From contig NC_068996.1 of NCBI RefSeq assembly GCF_001194135.2, positions 25,984,491-26,048,490 on the forward strand: a stretch of 64,000 nucleotides of DNA, written 5' to 3'. This DNA comes from Octopus bimaculoides (Eukaryota). Below, in pieces: positions 49,301 to 62,420 of this stretch. The first letter of the stretch is position 1; each line of letters opens with the position of its first letter. Position numbers and translations under genes: made by a program. The notes under the pieces are model-generated. The model was not told where the DNA came from, did no database searches, and worked only from the letters and a program-made list of their open reading frames with translations.

Positions 49301-52149
49301 ACAAATACTGTTTCAACACATGAAACCTACTACCTCTACCACTCCATTGTTTTATGTAATTACATAAAGCAGATTCATAAAAATGTTTGGCCCTCAACTG
49401 ATAGCACTAAGCATAACATTTGTATAGAGATCACAATCCTCTTCTGTATGACTAACATTCCGTATTTATTAAAACAACTGTTCAAACTTCCTGTGAACTC
49501 CACTTGCGACCTGGTTTTGTTTCCCGGTTAGTGATATTTTATTTCGTGGCTCCGTCGCTAAAGCGACAGATGAGATTGCCTTGTTGCGTTCCTTTCCATT
49601 TTAATTTCATATGCCGCTGGGGGAACAATTTCACCTTTCATCCGACCTTCTAGCATGATAAAATAAATTAACTGTCAAAGAACAGGAGGCGATATTTAAT
49701 ATTCCTATAAAGTATCCTAGATGTGAATGGAATTATCTAAGAGAAGACTAAGACTAAATTATGTCCTTCGTCAGAATTTGTTGCATTGTGCTATCATTAG
49801 CAACAAGAATTTCCCGCTGAACCTAATACGTTATTTTCAGCGTAAAGATACCGTTTTTGTTTTTTGCCGTGGAGGTGGTGGTGGACTGTTTAAACCTTGA
49901 CTGGTATTTTTATTTTTTTATCGAACCCCAAAAGACGAAAATATGTAAAGTCGTTCGCAACAAGACTTGTCTGCAGAACACAAAAGGATGTTATATGAAT
50001 CACAGTTGCGTACTTAAGGCAGAAGGTTAGCAATTTTAAAGGGATAGGGTGGGGGTAGTCGATGCCATCGACTCTTGTATACCCTCATCTATTTCCAAAC
50101 ATGGTCATATTTCCCCCTGGCTAGTCATGTTTCTACAGAAGATTAGAAACGAACAACACCGCATGTATATTGGTGACGCTCATTTACGACCAAGACAAGG
50201 AGACGTACCCACCCATAGACATACATTTTGATATGTGTGTGTGATGAAGTTCTTTCAGTTTCTCTCTAGCAAATTCACTCACAAGGTTTTGGTCATCCTG
50301 GGGCTGTAGTAGAAAACTCAAAGTCTTCTTAGTTTTTTAATCAAGTCCCAATACTTTTCGGCTTTCCTTGTTTCTTACATTACTTCCATCATTTCTTACT
50401 TTACTGCCATTATATGGTTACAGCCAGCATCTTCTTGAGGTTGGAGAATTGTCAAAGCATGGAACCTGCATCAGTTAACTGCCAGAAGACTGTATCCTTC
50501 AAAAACTCCATGCTTCTCAAAATTTGTCAACACTATTCCTGACGTTTCTCTTTATGATTCTTTTACTATTTGCTTTTCTGTCTCTTTTTGTATTTCATTT
50601 TGTGTACTGTGCATGTACTTTTGACTTTCATCACTGTCTTTCTTTACTTGACTTACTGTTGCATTCTGTCTCTTCTTTTACTCCTTTCTGACAAATTGTT
50701 GTGCACTTGTGCACTGAATACAATAACTTCATTATTTTTATTAGATTTTCATAGGTGGTGAGTTGGAAGAATCATTAAAGTGTTGGATAAAATGCTGTGC
50801 AGTATCTCTTCTGGCTCTTTGTTTTCTGGTTTTAACTCCCTTTCAGGTCAGCTTTGCCTTTCATCCTTTAGGGGCTGATAAAAATAAAGTGCCAGTCAAG
50901 TATTGTGGGTAGGGGAGGGAAAACAAAGCCTTCCCCTTATAATTACTGGCCATGTACCTTAATAAGGAAGCATTATTAAATTTCCAAGGTTTCTCAACCT
51001 CTAGGCCCATTCAGTAGTGAATTTGGACATAATCTACTTTACTTGTTCTGTGTGCATGTATAATGGTTTTAGAATAGGTACACTACATCCCTACATGCTG
51101 TAAAAGGTATTCAAAAAAATCTGTGATGGGAAGGGCATACAGCTGTAAAACTGTCTCAAAAAATTTGCCCAACCCTTGTCAGTATAGAAACGTGGATGTT
51201 AAGTGCTGATTGTGATTACTTATACAATTGTATCTAATCTCTGGACCTTTGTTATATGGTCTGTCTATACAGGATTTTCATTAAATATATTGACATTAAC
51301 ATAACTATTGCATTGTTTTTTTTTCCATGTGGATGGTGCGCAATAGCTATGTAATCTCTGAATATTTCTGTTTTTCTTCACCAACCAATGTACAACCTTG
51401 TATCTCAATGATTCTCTCATAACTAATTTGGTAAGTACAGTGATGTCTCTGTTTTCCTAGGCTCTCTAATAAAACTGAAATGTGTCTAGAGTTGTTTCTT
51501 GTATTTTTACTGAAACACTTGAATAATAATAAGCAAGGTTTAATATCTTTTCTTTTGTCTTTCATAACTACATAGTTGTTCCTAGTTAACTTTCTATTTG
51601 TGTTCCCTGCATTAAATATGCTATGTTAGCACTAACTTAGCAATTATACTTCATGACTGCTTTCTGTTTTTTTCACTATGATGTAGTTAGTTATTAGAGA
51701 AATGCTGTGAGATCTTACAACCCTGCTATTGAATAGCATAACAAAATATAAAACAGTTCAGTTTTCCCTTTCTGATCATAACTGGTCTGTGTGTGTGGAT
51801 TTTACAAGCATACACCATGCATTCTTACAACTCTACTTATATTTCCAATGGTCTGTTTCTCTATTACATGGTCAGTGTTTAAAGAGAAATACTATAGGAT
51901 ATTGCAATTCTATAACAAAATATATAACATACTTTGATTTTATTTTTATATTCATATCTGGTCTCTGTGCCTCTATTATATGGTCAGTTACTGAGAAATA
52001 CCACAGGATCTAACATCTTTATTGTATAACATACTTCGATTTTTCAGAGTATGTTATACATAGTGGTGTGGGTGCTTTTTATGTGGCATTAGATAAAAAA
52101 AAAAAAAGGAATGATGAACAGAACATTATTATAATGAAAAATTATTATT

Positions 52150-52930
52150 ATAATTCTTCATTGGGCTGAACAGGTATAAGTTGGTGGGGGCCAAATCCTA
52201 GCAATGCAGTAGATGGTGAATCACTGACCGGCATAGTTTGTCCATAGCATGGTTTGTTGTCAAAGCTCTGTGAGGTCATGCATTGTCGAGGTGAATTAGG
52301 ATTATTTTCAGATTCTCGTTTGGTCTCTTTCTCCTAATGGCTCTCTAAGCTTTTTGATTGTCTCTCAGTAAGCTGCTAACTATTCATAGTACAGCCACAC
52401 TCCAGAAAATAAAGAAGAATGATGTCTTTGTGATCCCCTAAAACAGTCACCATGAGTTTTTGTTCCAATTGCTCGCTCATGAGTTTCTTCAGCTTTGGAG
52501 GAGCAATGTGATGCCATTCTGTGGCCTGACCTGTCATCTCTAGATTGTAAAGATACACCTATGAGTCATCCCTATCACCAGACCAGAAGAAAGCAGCATT
52601 TTCATTAGCTTCAAATGCTTTCAGCTGATCAGAGTAGATTTCCACTCTTCACTCCTTCAAATTGGGTATCAGCTGCCAAGTTACTCACTTTGCACACTCT
52701 TTCTGATACCCAGAGTCTTCTGTTATTTTCTTTAATGCACTATCACTAGAATCCAGTTCTGTAGCAAACATGGATTGTGATTGTCTCTCTATCTATCTGA
52801 ATCATTTCATCCATTTGCTGGCAATTCATGTGAACACAGTTGGTGTTCTTCCCATTGCAAGGTTTGTCTTCAATATTGGTTTCATCCTTCTATGCACATT
52901 GCTCTTGTCAATGGTGTCATCCTTGTAAAC
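52150..52930 (-). pseudogene. mariner (DD34D-type) transposase remnant
   Basis: Reverse strand GDDS*VYLYNLEMTGQATEWHHIAPPKLKK...KLMVTVLGDHKDIILLYFLECGCTMNS, matching the mariner GDETW..YDPE.K.QS.EW...K.M.TVFWD..G layout. Confidence 0.75.
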
Positions 52931-54409
52931 AGGGTATGTAGCCTTCTGTGGAAGTTAGACAGCCTGAACTCCTCTTTTGTCAAAAATTCTTATGATGGTG
53001 CATTGCTTGGAACCTATTATTTATTTACCTACAATGAAGAAGAATAGGAAGAAGAGTTACTCTACCAATGAATATAGTTTGAATGCCCTGTGTCAGTTAA
53101 TTTAAATGTTATGCCCACTTTTGTATTATTTTCTGTACAATCCTTGCTTATTGTTAAATCCGAGATAGCATCTATCTACATTCGCATTGATTTGGGGAGT
53201 ATACCATTTGCAAAGCTTTTTCAACATAAGTTTCTGTTGCTTGATATTCTTTTTTTCTTAAAGAAAAGTTTTCATGATTCAAGAGAGAGGTCAGTGTTGT
53301 TCTTTGGTCTTCCCAAAGTTTGACCAGTCAGAATTAATCTTTTTGAACTTGAAATGCTATCAGTTGACAACATCTGAGATTTTAAAATTAGCTGTTCATA
53401 TTTACAACTCCACTATCATACAATATAACATGCTTTACCTTGGATACTTAACTCCTCATGAAGTCATAGGGACACTGTCATAAAATTTCAGCATGTCTTA
53501 GGCCCTTTTCTTGAACCTGGTGAAGCCTATCCCTTTCTAGATCTAGCAACATAGAGACAAATTTCCTTCAGAAAGGTGAGAGAAAGAAAGTCCTACACCT
53601 TCATTGAGAGAGCCTCTGCATGGTTGTTTGAGCTGCTGTAAATAGCAGACAACAATGGGCTGTTACTTTATGAACACTGTGAAGATGAAAGGCAAAGTTG
53701 ACCTTGGTGTGATTTGAGCTTGAAGAGCAGTAAGCTGGAATGAATACATGAATACTGCAAAACATTGTATCTGATGTTGTAATGACCGTTCTAATTTATT
53801 ACTTTAATTTATGGTAAATCATACTTCAAATTTTCTTTTATTATGATCCTATCAGTTTTCTGTGTCAGTTTTTATAGATAAATAACAATCATACAACTCT
53901 GTTATTATCTGGTATGACACTAGATATGGTCAGAGTTTGATCTCAATTACATAACAGTTTGTATATAGCAAATGGTTTCTAAATGTTTTTATTACCTTGT
54001 AATCCCATCTCCATATGCTAAAAGTACACAACACTTTTTCTTTTAAATTTAAAACCTTGTGATTCTTTTAACTTACTCTCAATGATACTTTAGGGTGTCC
54101 CAATACCCCGGTTGGACACCATTGGTATAGAGCAATTTTATAGGATCTTACTAGAAGTAATCTTATCATAAAAGGGAAGCTGAACTCCATCTATCTGTCT
54201 ATAACAAAATCTGTGTAGAGAGAGGGAAGAAGGGGAGGAGAAATAGTTGTTGAGAGAGGAATACAGTGAGAGATAGTGTCACCTAAGGAACTGACAAGTT
54301 TTTATTAAGAAAGTGGGAATTTTAAGTGCAAATCTGTCAACACAGTGCAACACACTTAAAACAAAAGACTCTGTATGTATATGTATATATATATATATAG
54401 ACACACACA

Positions 54410-54446
<37 letters not shown>

Positions 54447-54509
54447 TAAGGATGGCTTGTTAGCAATTTTTCAACTGAAAGGCAGAAATATATACTCACT
54501 AAAGCAACT

Positions 54510-54677
54510 AAGGGTGCTAGTCAGCACCAGTATTGCTAGAAATAAGAGTCAAAACAACTCATAACCCTGATAAGCAGTCTTAATGAATGACAAGGGAGGC
54601 AAGCTCCTTCATCACTGGTGCTGAGGGAGTTGTTTTGACTTTTATTTCTAGCAATACTGGTGCTGACTAGTGCCCTT
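54510..54677. mobile_element. 168-bp MITE-like hairpin with 51-bp arms
   Basis: 54510-54560 versus the reverse complement of 54627-54677: 3 mismatches. Confidence 0.75.
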
Positions 54678-55134
54678 CATCTTTTGTTTTACTGTAAATT
54701 TCAACTATATATATAATGCATATTAGTTAATTTTTTGTAGTTTGTGTGTCCCTGTATGTCTTTCAACGTATATACAATGCAACACAGGCTATGTAAAAGA
54801 TTTTCACTTTGAAGAATTTATGGAGGTGTGTGCATTATTAACAAATAAATTTTATTTGCAGCATGGTGACTTGTACAATCTAGTTTTCAGCAACAACTTT
54901 TGGCTGGTAATGGTACTTAGTTTTCGTATACTTTGAATCCACATTTCCTACTAATCCTTTAGTGTATCTTTTACTTTATGATTCCCTAGCAGGAGATTCT
55001 AAGAGTATCAGTGAGATTAATTTGGTCACATATGCCTTTAACATAATGAATGTACTCATTCAAATAAAATTGTGGTGCTTTTTCATTTTTACCATACATT
55101 CCAAAATGAACGGAAAGAAAAATTAATTCATGAC

Positions 55135-55532
55135 TTTCTGGTTAAGAAGCTTGCTTTGCAACCACATGGTTTCAAGTTCAGTCCCACAGTACAGCACCTT
55201 GGGCAAGTGTTTTTTGCTATAACTTTAGATTGACCAATACCTTGTGAGTGAATTTGGTAGAAGGAAACTGTTAAAGCCTGTTGTGTGTGTGTCTGTATAC
55301 ATGTATGTGTGTGTGTGCTCAAGTGTGTGTTTGTGTTTGTTTCTCCAGCAGTGCTTGACAACCAGTGTTGGTTTATTTATACCCCATAACTTAGTCATTT
55401 GGTAAAAGAGACCAACAGAATAAGTACTAAACTTTAAAAATAAGTATTGGGTTGATTTGTTTGACTAAACTCTGAGTGGTGCCCCAGTATGACCACAGTC
55501 CAATGACTGAAATGAGTAAAAAATAAAAAAGA
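55135..55532 (+). mobile_element. SINE family A
   Basis: AGTTCAGTCCCAC B-box, CACCTTGGGCAAGTG block and CAATGACTGAAATGAGTAAAAAATAAAA tail. Confidence 0.85.
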
Positions 55533-56269
55533 TGTACAATATTTCAGTTATTGCTTACAATTCCTGCAGTCTCTTTTCAATAAAGTATTACTTCAGTGCT
55601 TTTCATTTTGCTGCTGTTGTTGTTGGTGTTGGTGGTTAATAATACCTTACATTTCAATATCATTTTGTTTGCATTGGCCTTATTGACATGTCTCAATACA
55701 CTACATGTAAATTGAAATTAAAATTTCTGGAGAATTCATTTGAAAATTATGGACAAGGACCATGCGATAGAATATTTGAAGTAAACTGATACGTTATTTC
55801 TATAAGATATTCTTTTTAGACCGTCTTTGCAATGACATTGCCTTTGTCTACCCTACCCATGGTTTCGCTCATTTCATGACTCCATGCAACGACTAGTGTG
55901 ATGGTAATCTTGTACACTTTCCTCATTATATACCTGTAATTATCGAATATTTTCAATACTGACCATTAAACAATATTAATGGCATCAAATTCACTGCTCT
56001 TGGAGAGCTTGCAGAAGCCATAGGCTCTGTACCCTCTTTCAGACTCAGCAAGTAAAATAAATAGTCTGCTTATATTTTGGTCCTCTGTTTTTAACCTGGT
56101 ATAAATAGTAACAAAGTCTTTCTCAAATCACACTTTGAATAAAGAAAAGACACTGAATAATGTAGTCTTATACATGTTCTTAATTTGTTTTCTTTGCATT
56201 TTTTTCTTAATTCACTGGGTCTGGAAGAAAGGCCAGTGCCCACTTTTTGCTAGTTGTCTGAGATTGGTA

Positions 56270-56900
56270 AAGTTGGTGTCATTAATGTTCCATTTAAACC
56301 ATTGCAAGTCAACAGGAAAGACTTAATCAGGGAAGGAATTCCAGAGTGTTGATGTTCTTTGGAGAAAAGACTAGGTGTAGTGGTTATTGCAGGACCTAGT
56401 GAGGTTAGATGAGAGGAAGAGAGAAGGAATCATGAGTGAGTGTACAAAACCAGCTGATTCTGAGGAATAGACACCATTATTTTAGTTGTAAAAAAGGCAG
56501 GGAGGCTGGAGTAGAGTCACAGCTAAAAAGCCTGTGACCATATGTCTGCTTCATCAGGATTGACCAGCAGTTTAGCACTAACACTTCCATTACGCTATCC
56601 CCCTTTCCTTACTGTTCTACTTAAAATGGTTAATAATGACAGGGAATTTGGAAGGGATATCAATATATTCAATTTATTGAAGTTGTTACTCAAGAAATTC
56701 CAGGCTGACCAGATTAATTTTCAAGTTACTAATCTTTGGGACATTAATGAGTCTTATTACTTTTTGGCACATAGCATAAATATAAAAAAAGCTTTGTATA
56801 TCTATGGCAAGTCAACTTGATGGAGCTCATCTTCATTTACCCAGGTTATATCCAACAGTGATAGGGTAATAATTCTGCTTACTGCAATGTTTTATTCATC
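56270..56900 (-). mobile_element. Possible CR1/L2-type LINE 3' fragment
   Basis: Reverse strand TSTLWNSFPD*VFPVDLQWFK resembles the RT..LWNSLP...FP...F-K end of CR1-group ORF2; heavily decayed. Confidence 0.4.
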
Positions 56901-57649
56901 ACCTGTGTTACTGATTACTCTCAGGTGGGAGTTAAGTATCTTGATTACAGCAACAACTAGTGGTGGTTGTTTACAAGGTATGCACTGGCAGCCACATGAC
57001 TGCTTTTCTTGTACCCTATCAACTTGGTTATCTATACTCTCTCTCTATCACAGTTGTATATTATCTTGTTATATTCATATAAGTAAACTAAAAGTATAAA
57101 TTAGCATGCACAGCTCCATCTATTTTTAACAGCAAGTTGTTTCAGCTCATATAACCACCACTGTCGGAGAAGCAAGGTAGTGAGTGAGCAACATGTGTAG
57201 TGTATGTCAGGAGTGTATATCAAGGGCGCTGACTCTAATACATTCACCCTATTTTTTGCACTAATACATATATACAACCACATATATATATAGAGTCATC
57301 AAAGAATCCATAAGTCAGTAAAAATATGCACTCGTATACTTGTCAGTAGACTAATTGAAGTGTACAGTATTATATATCTGAAACTGATTGGTAAGCTCAT
57401 CTGTAATGGATATATAATACTGTACGCTTAGATTAATAAATGTATAATATGTATATGCAATATACTGTCTCATATGACATTATTTTACAAATTCCATGCA
57501 CAATTACATTTTAATAATGTTCTGAGTAACACTCTTTTTTTTTTCTCTGCTCACCAATATATATTCAATATTTGCTACTAATGCACTTCTCTCCCACTCA
57601 TGTATAATATATATATATAATATTAATGTGTGTGTATGTATATGATGTA

Positions 57650-57690
<41 letters not shown>

Positions 57691-57791
57691 NNNNNNNNNN
57701 NNNNNNNNNNNNNNNNNNNNNNNNNNNNNNNNNNNNNNNNNNNNNNNNNNNNNNNNNNNNNNNNNNNNNNNNNNNNNNNNNNNNNNNNNNA

Positions 57792-57839
<48 letters not shown>

Positions 57840-58519
57840 GTAAAAGTTCTTGTATTTTGAACATCTCATTATGCTCTAAGACAAAGGCTGTTTAGGCAGA
57901 GTTGACTCCCTTAGCTAAAGACCTCAAAATTGTGTGACCTGACCTCGTTTTCAAGGTTATTTTTGTATTAAAAAAGAGTTGTTGTACAAAAAACATTTTA
58001 TTTTGTTACCAAAAGATTACTGAATCTGTTGATACCTCATACCTCAAAATCAGCAAATATATACACACACAAACTTTGTTTTATATATATGGATATATAG
58101 ATGGTGGTCAGAGCTGGAATAACATAGGTCATCATAGGTGTAAAACTGAATAGCTAAACAACAACAATTAAACATGATCTAATATTCCAACAACTTAACT
58201 GAGTATTGACTCAGTTAAGATGATCACACCTTTGAACTTGTTATAGTTCATAATTGTAAGTGTGCATTAGGAGGGAGAGGTATTGTTGCTTGTTCCAATT
58301 AAGAAATAGTTAGGGAATTCACAAGCTTAGGCTACTATGCATATACATACACACAAACATACATTAACTATATATATATATATTTCTCATATACACATGC
58401 AAGAAAAACAAGCTAGTAAAAATTAAGACTTCTGTTTGATACAATATGAAATCAAGTCATATAACCCTCTGAAAACACACCATTGTCATCTTTCCTCAAG
58501 CTATGACATTTAGTGTCTA

Positions 58520-58704
58520 CATGTATTTATAAGTATGTAACAAGTGGTATAATTATAAACACACACACACAAATATATATGCATACCAACATATATATGC
58601 ACATACATACATACACACACATATACATATATATATACACACACACGTATATACACATATATACACTCATACGTATATACATATATATACACTCACACGT
58701 ATAT

Positions 58705-58755
<51 letters not shown>

Positions 58756-58853
58756 CAAAGTTTGCTTTTTATAGAAGCATTGAGATGTATTGAAATATAC
58801 AGATATGGAAATAATTCATTCTCACATGCAGAATAATGCACACACACTCACAC

Positions 58854-58887
<34 letters not shown>

Positions 58888-58904
58888 ATACACACATATT
58901 CATA

Positions 58905-58966
<62 letters not shown>

Positions 58967-59345
58967 TATATGCACACACATATACATATATATACACACA
59001 TAATCACATATCTGCACACACATATATACGCATACACACATATATGCACAAACACATATATACGCATACACACATATATACGCACACACATATACGCACA
59101 CACACATATATGCACGCACGCACACACATATACATACATACAAACATATACACACACACACAAACATATACACACATGCAGATATACANNNNNNNNNNAC
59201 ACACACACACAAACATATACACACATGCAGATATACACATACATATATACACATACATATATACACACACATATATACACACACATATATATACACACAC
59301 ACACACGTGTATATGTATACATATACACGTGTTGTGTGTGTACAT
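58520..59345. repeat. (CA)n/(TA)n compound microsatellite
   Basis: Direct inspection; similar tracts at 16535-17420, 18270-19080, 37890-38030 and 57600-57835. Confidence 0.95.
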
Positions 59346-59524
59346 ACATATTTGTACAGTTACAAACATGCCACTACAACAGTACCCTCAACATTTTAGC
59401 CCTATGGGGTTGAAGCTAACACAAGTTGATTGGACCTACATACCCTTCAGTGGCATCTTTTGTCATCTGACACATTCAACCAGAGAAATATTGATCAATA
59501 TACATTTATACATATAATATCAAA

Positions 59525-59700
59525 TTGCTGGGGCAGGTCATGAAAGTTATAGAAAGAGTTGTAATTTGATTAATAAGAGAAAAGTTATAGCATGATTAAT
59601 TAGAGAAAGAGTTAAAATTAGATGAGATAAACTTTGGTTTTGTGCCAGGGGCAAGTATTACAGATATACTCTTCCTGGTGATGCAATTACAGAACCTGCT
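59525..59700 (+). mobile_element. RTE LINE fragment (RT N-terminal)
   Basis: QVMKVIERVV...RVKLDE...GFVPG-like sequence, decayed. Confidence 0.5.
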
Positions 59701-59929
59701 TAAAAGTATATATGTATATGTAAAAGTGAACCTCTGTGCTCACTTGAAAATCTCAAACAAGATTCCTCCCTCTGTGATCTGGTGCTGACCAAAGAAAGTC
59801 CAGGATAGATAAATGGCTTGTGAGAGCCACTCAAGTAGTGTATTGAGATGCTGTCAAAAAAAGGTTAGAGTTACCAAGTATAGTAATGAATTTAATATGC
59901 AGGACTTGGTTCTTAGTTTGCTCCTCCTC

Positions 59930-60555
59930 CTCCTCTGCATCATCATCTTCATTTAATATCTGCTTTTCATGCTGGAATGGATTAGATGGTTTCACTGGAA
60001 CTGGTAAGCAGGAGAGCTGCACCAGGTCCCAGTCTGATTTAGTATGGTTACTACAGCTGGATGCCCTTCCTAATGCCATCCACTCCACGAGTGCAATGAG
60101 TGCTTTTTAGGAGCCATTTAGATGGCACCAGCGACAACCACAACTGTGATTTCACTTGGCTTGACATGTCTTCTCAAGCACAGCATACCACCAAAGGTCT
60201 CAGTTACTTATCGACTCCGTGAGGCCCAACATTAGAAGATTGTACTACCACCAATGGCCACAACTATGATTTCACAGGTGCTACTTACATGACATCGGTA
60301 ACAGCCACAACTACGATTTCACTTGGCTCAATGAGTCTTCTCAAGTACAGCATATTGCCAAAGGTCTTGGTCACTTGTCATCGCCTCCATAAGGCCTAAC
60401 ATTCAAAGATCATGCAAACCGGCAATGGCATGATTACAATTCATTTACAAGACACCAGAAACGGCCACAACTATAGTTTCACTTGGCTTGACGAGTCTTC
60501 TCAAGTACAGCATATCACCAAAGGTCTCGATCGTTTGTCATCACTTCCATGAGGT
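59930..60555 (-). mobile_element. Family R element with three ~110-bp internal tandem modules
   Basis: Tail CAGCTGGATGCCCTTCCTAATGCC at about 60055; CCACAACTAYGATTTCACTTGGC...AAAGGTCT modules at about 60138, 60304 and 60464. Confidence 0.75.
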
Positions 60556-60574
60556 TTATATTCATTCATAATCC

Positions 60575-60800
60575 TTCAGGCCATAACAGAAGAGCTTAAG
60601 ACTGTGGGAACTGCTATATGTTGCTGACCTCATTTTTATAGCTAAATCTATATTAGATTTAGAAAAGAAATTCCAGATGCAGAAGCAAAACCTCAAATAA
60701 AAGGACCTCAAAGTTAACTTAGCAAAGACCTAAGTTTTGGTCAGTAAGAAAACAGACAAGACTCTGCTTCCATCAAGGAAATGGCACTGCTTGACATGTA
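60575..60800 (+). mobile_element. RTE LINE fragment (YADD region)
   Basis: WELLYVADLI...KVNLAKT*VLVSKK, same family as 41.1-41.3 kb. Confidence 0.7.
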
Positions 60801-62239
60801 GAGAATTCTATCAGTTGATTAAACAAATGAATCCGCCTCAAAAAAAAACCAATAGAGATCTATCACCACCATAATCTATACCATGGTTTCATTCCCATAT
60901 TTGAATGGGCTTCAATCTCAGTGGATATTAAAGATCTTTTGTGGCCATGGAATTTTGAGAAAAATTAGTGTCTCTCCCTTTCACATAGATACACAGAATT
61001 TCAGAATGGGGTAGGACAATCTCTTGCATGAATTTAATAAATAAAAAACATAAATGAAGTTCTTGAGTTGTTTGTATATGCGTGTGAAGATATGTACATA
61101 CACACACACACACATCTATCATACATACATACACACATTCAAAGGAGATGAGTAGAAGGGAGAAGGAAGAAAGGGTAACAGAGGGGGGGGAGTGAGAGAG
61201 AGCAAGCAAGGAAAAAAGTATGAAGTTTTGCAGAGGGATATCTAACTAGTGAAAAGGTAGATATTTAATAGCACTCTTAGTCTTTCTGGACTTAATTGAC
61301 TCACCTCAAGCTCCCGGGGTGTGGGGTGGAGCAGGTCGGGGGGAGGGAGGAGCTAATTAATCAACTATTAAATAGCTATGTAAATGACATGCAAACACTC
61401 AGCAAGACCAAAAACCAATCAAATTTAGCCTCCGTAATTCTCTACAAAAATGTGTATGCTAGTCTATTATTAAGCTGCGTCATTAACTAAGAGAACTTCA
61501 TTATTTAGATACAACTTCACATCCCACAAAAGATTTTTCAGCCACACAACAGATCAGGTTGGGTGGAAGGTAGGTAAGGCCTCTTGAATTTGTTTTTTTA
61601 TGTGTCTACAAATGCAAGATACATGTGAAAAGAAAGAGAGGGAGTAAGACAGATAGAAAAGAGAGAGAAAGAGAGTACGAGAGAGAGAGAGAAAAAAAAG
61701 CGGGGGGGGGAGCAAAAAACAAGAAAGAAATAAAAATGAAATCAATATAAGGCAATCAGAAGCACTTTGATACTCCAGACTATGTATCTGATAAGGGAGA
61801 ACCAATCACTTGAAAATGATTCTTCTACATTGAAGCCCTCCCTCCTATAGTTTATCATCTCATTGTCTATTTCTGGCTAAATGTACAAAAGACTGCTACA
61901 ATACTATTAAAACATACCTGAAACTGAGCCATCAAAATACAATCATAAATTTCTAAGCATCTTCATTTCTATTGGAGCAATAAAAAAAAATGTTAAATAT
62001 TAAATGGAGTGATGGGGATGGAGAAAAGAAAATGCCTGTGGTTTTTTAAGCAAGAATTCAATTGAATTTAAAGAAAAAAAAAAAAAAGAATGGTCATCTT
62101 TTTTTTTCTCTCAAATCATCTTTCTGATACATTGGTATAATTTCAAAAGGCACACTTTTACAAAATGATTGTGTTATTTGCCAGTCATAAATAAGCATGG
62201 CCATTCTTTATATGACCGCGCCAATCAGTGTTGTTGTAG

Positions 62240-62287
<48 letters not shown>

Positions 62288-62299
62288 TGTGTGAGAGAG

Positions 62300-62420
62300 A
62301 GGTCAGAGAGCATTTACTCCTGTTGGCAACTAAAGGTCACTCTCTCCGAGTGAAAGGAAGATTGTATGATGCATGTGTACAAACAGCAATGTTACCTTAT
62401 AGTGAGACATGGGCCTGCTA
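62300..62420 (+). mobile_element. RTE LINE fragment
   Basis: REHLLLLATKGHSLRVKGRLYDACVQTAMLPYSETWA. Confidence 0.75.

Noticed and set aside
49735-49780. Reverse-strand CUGACGAAGGAC...GUCUU, hammerhead-like start
   Set aside because: No GAAA box or stem III/NUH follows. CTGATGA at 2147 (Tc1 WSDES codons) and about 36831 also lack the rest of the core.
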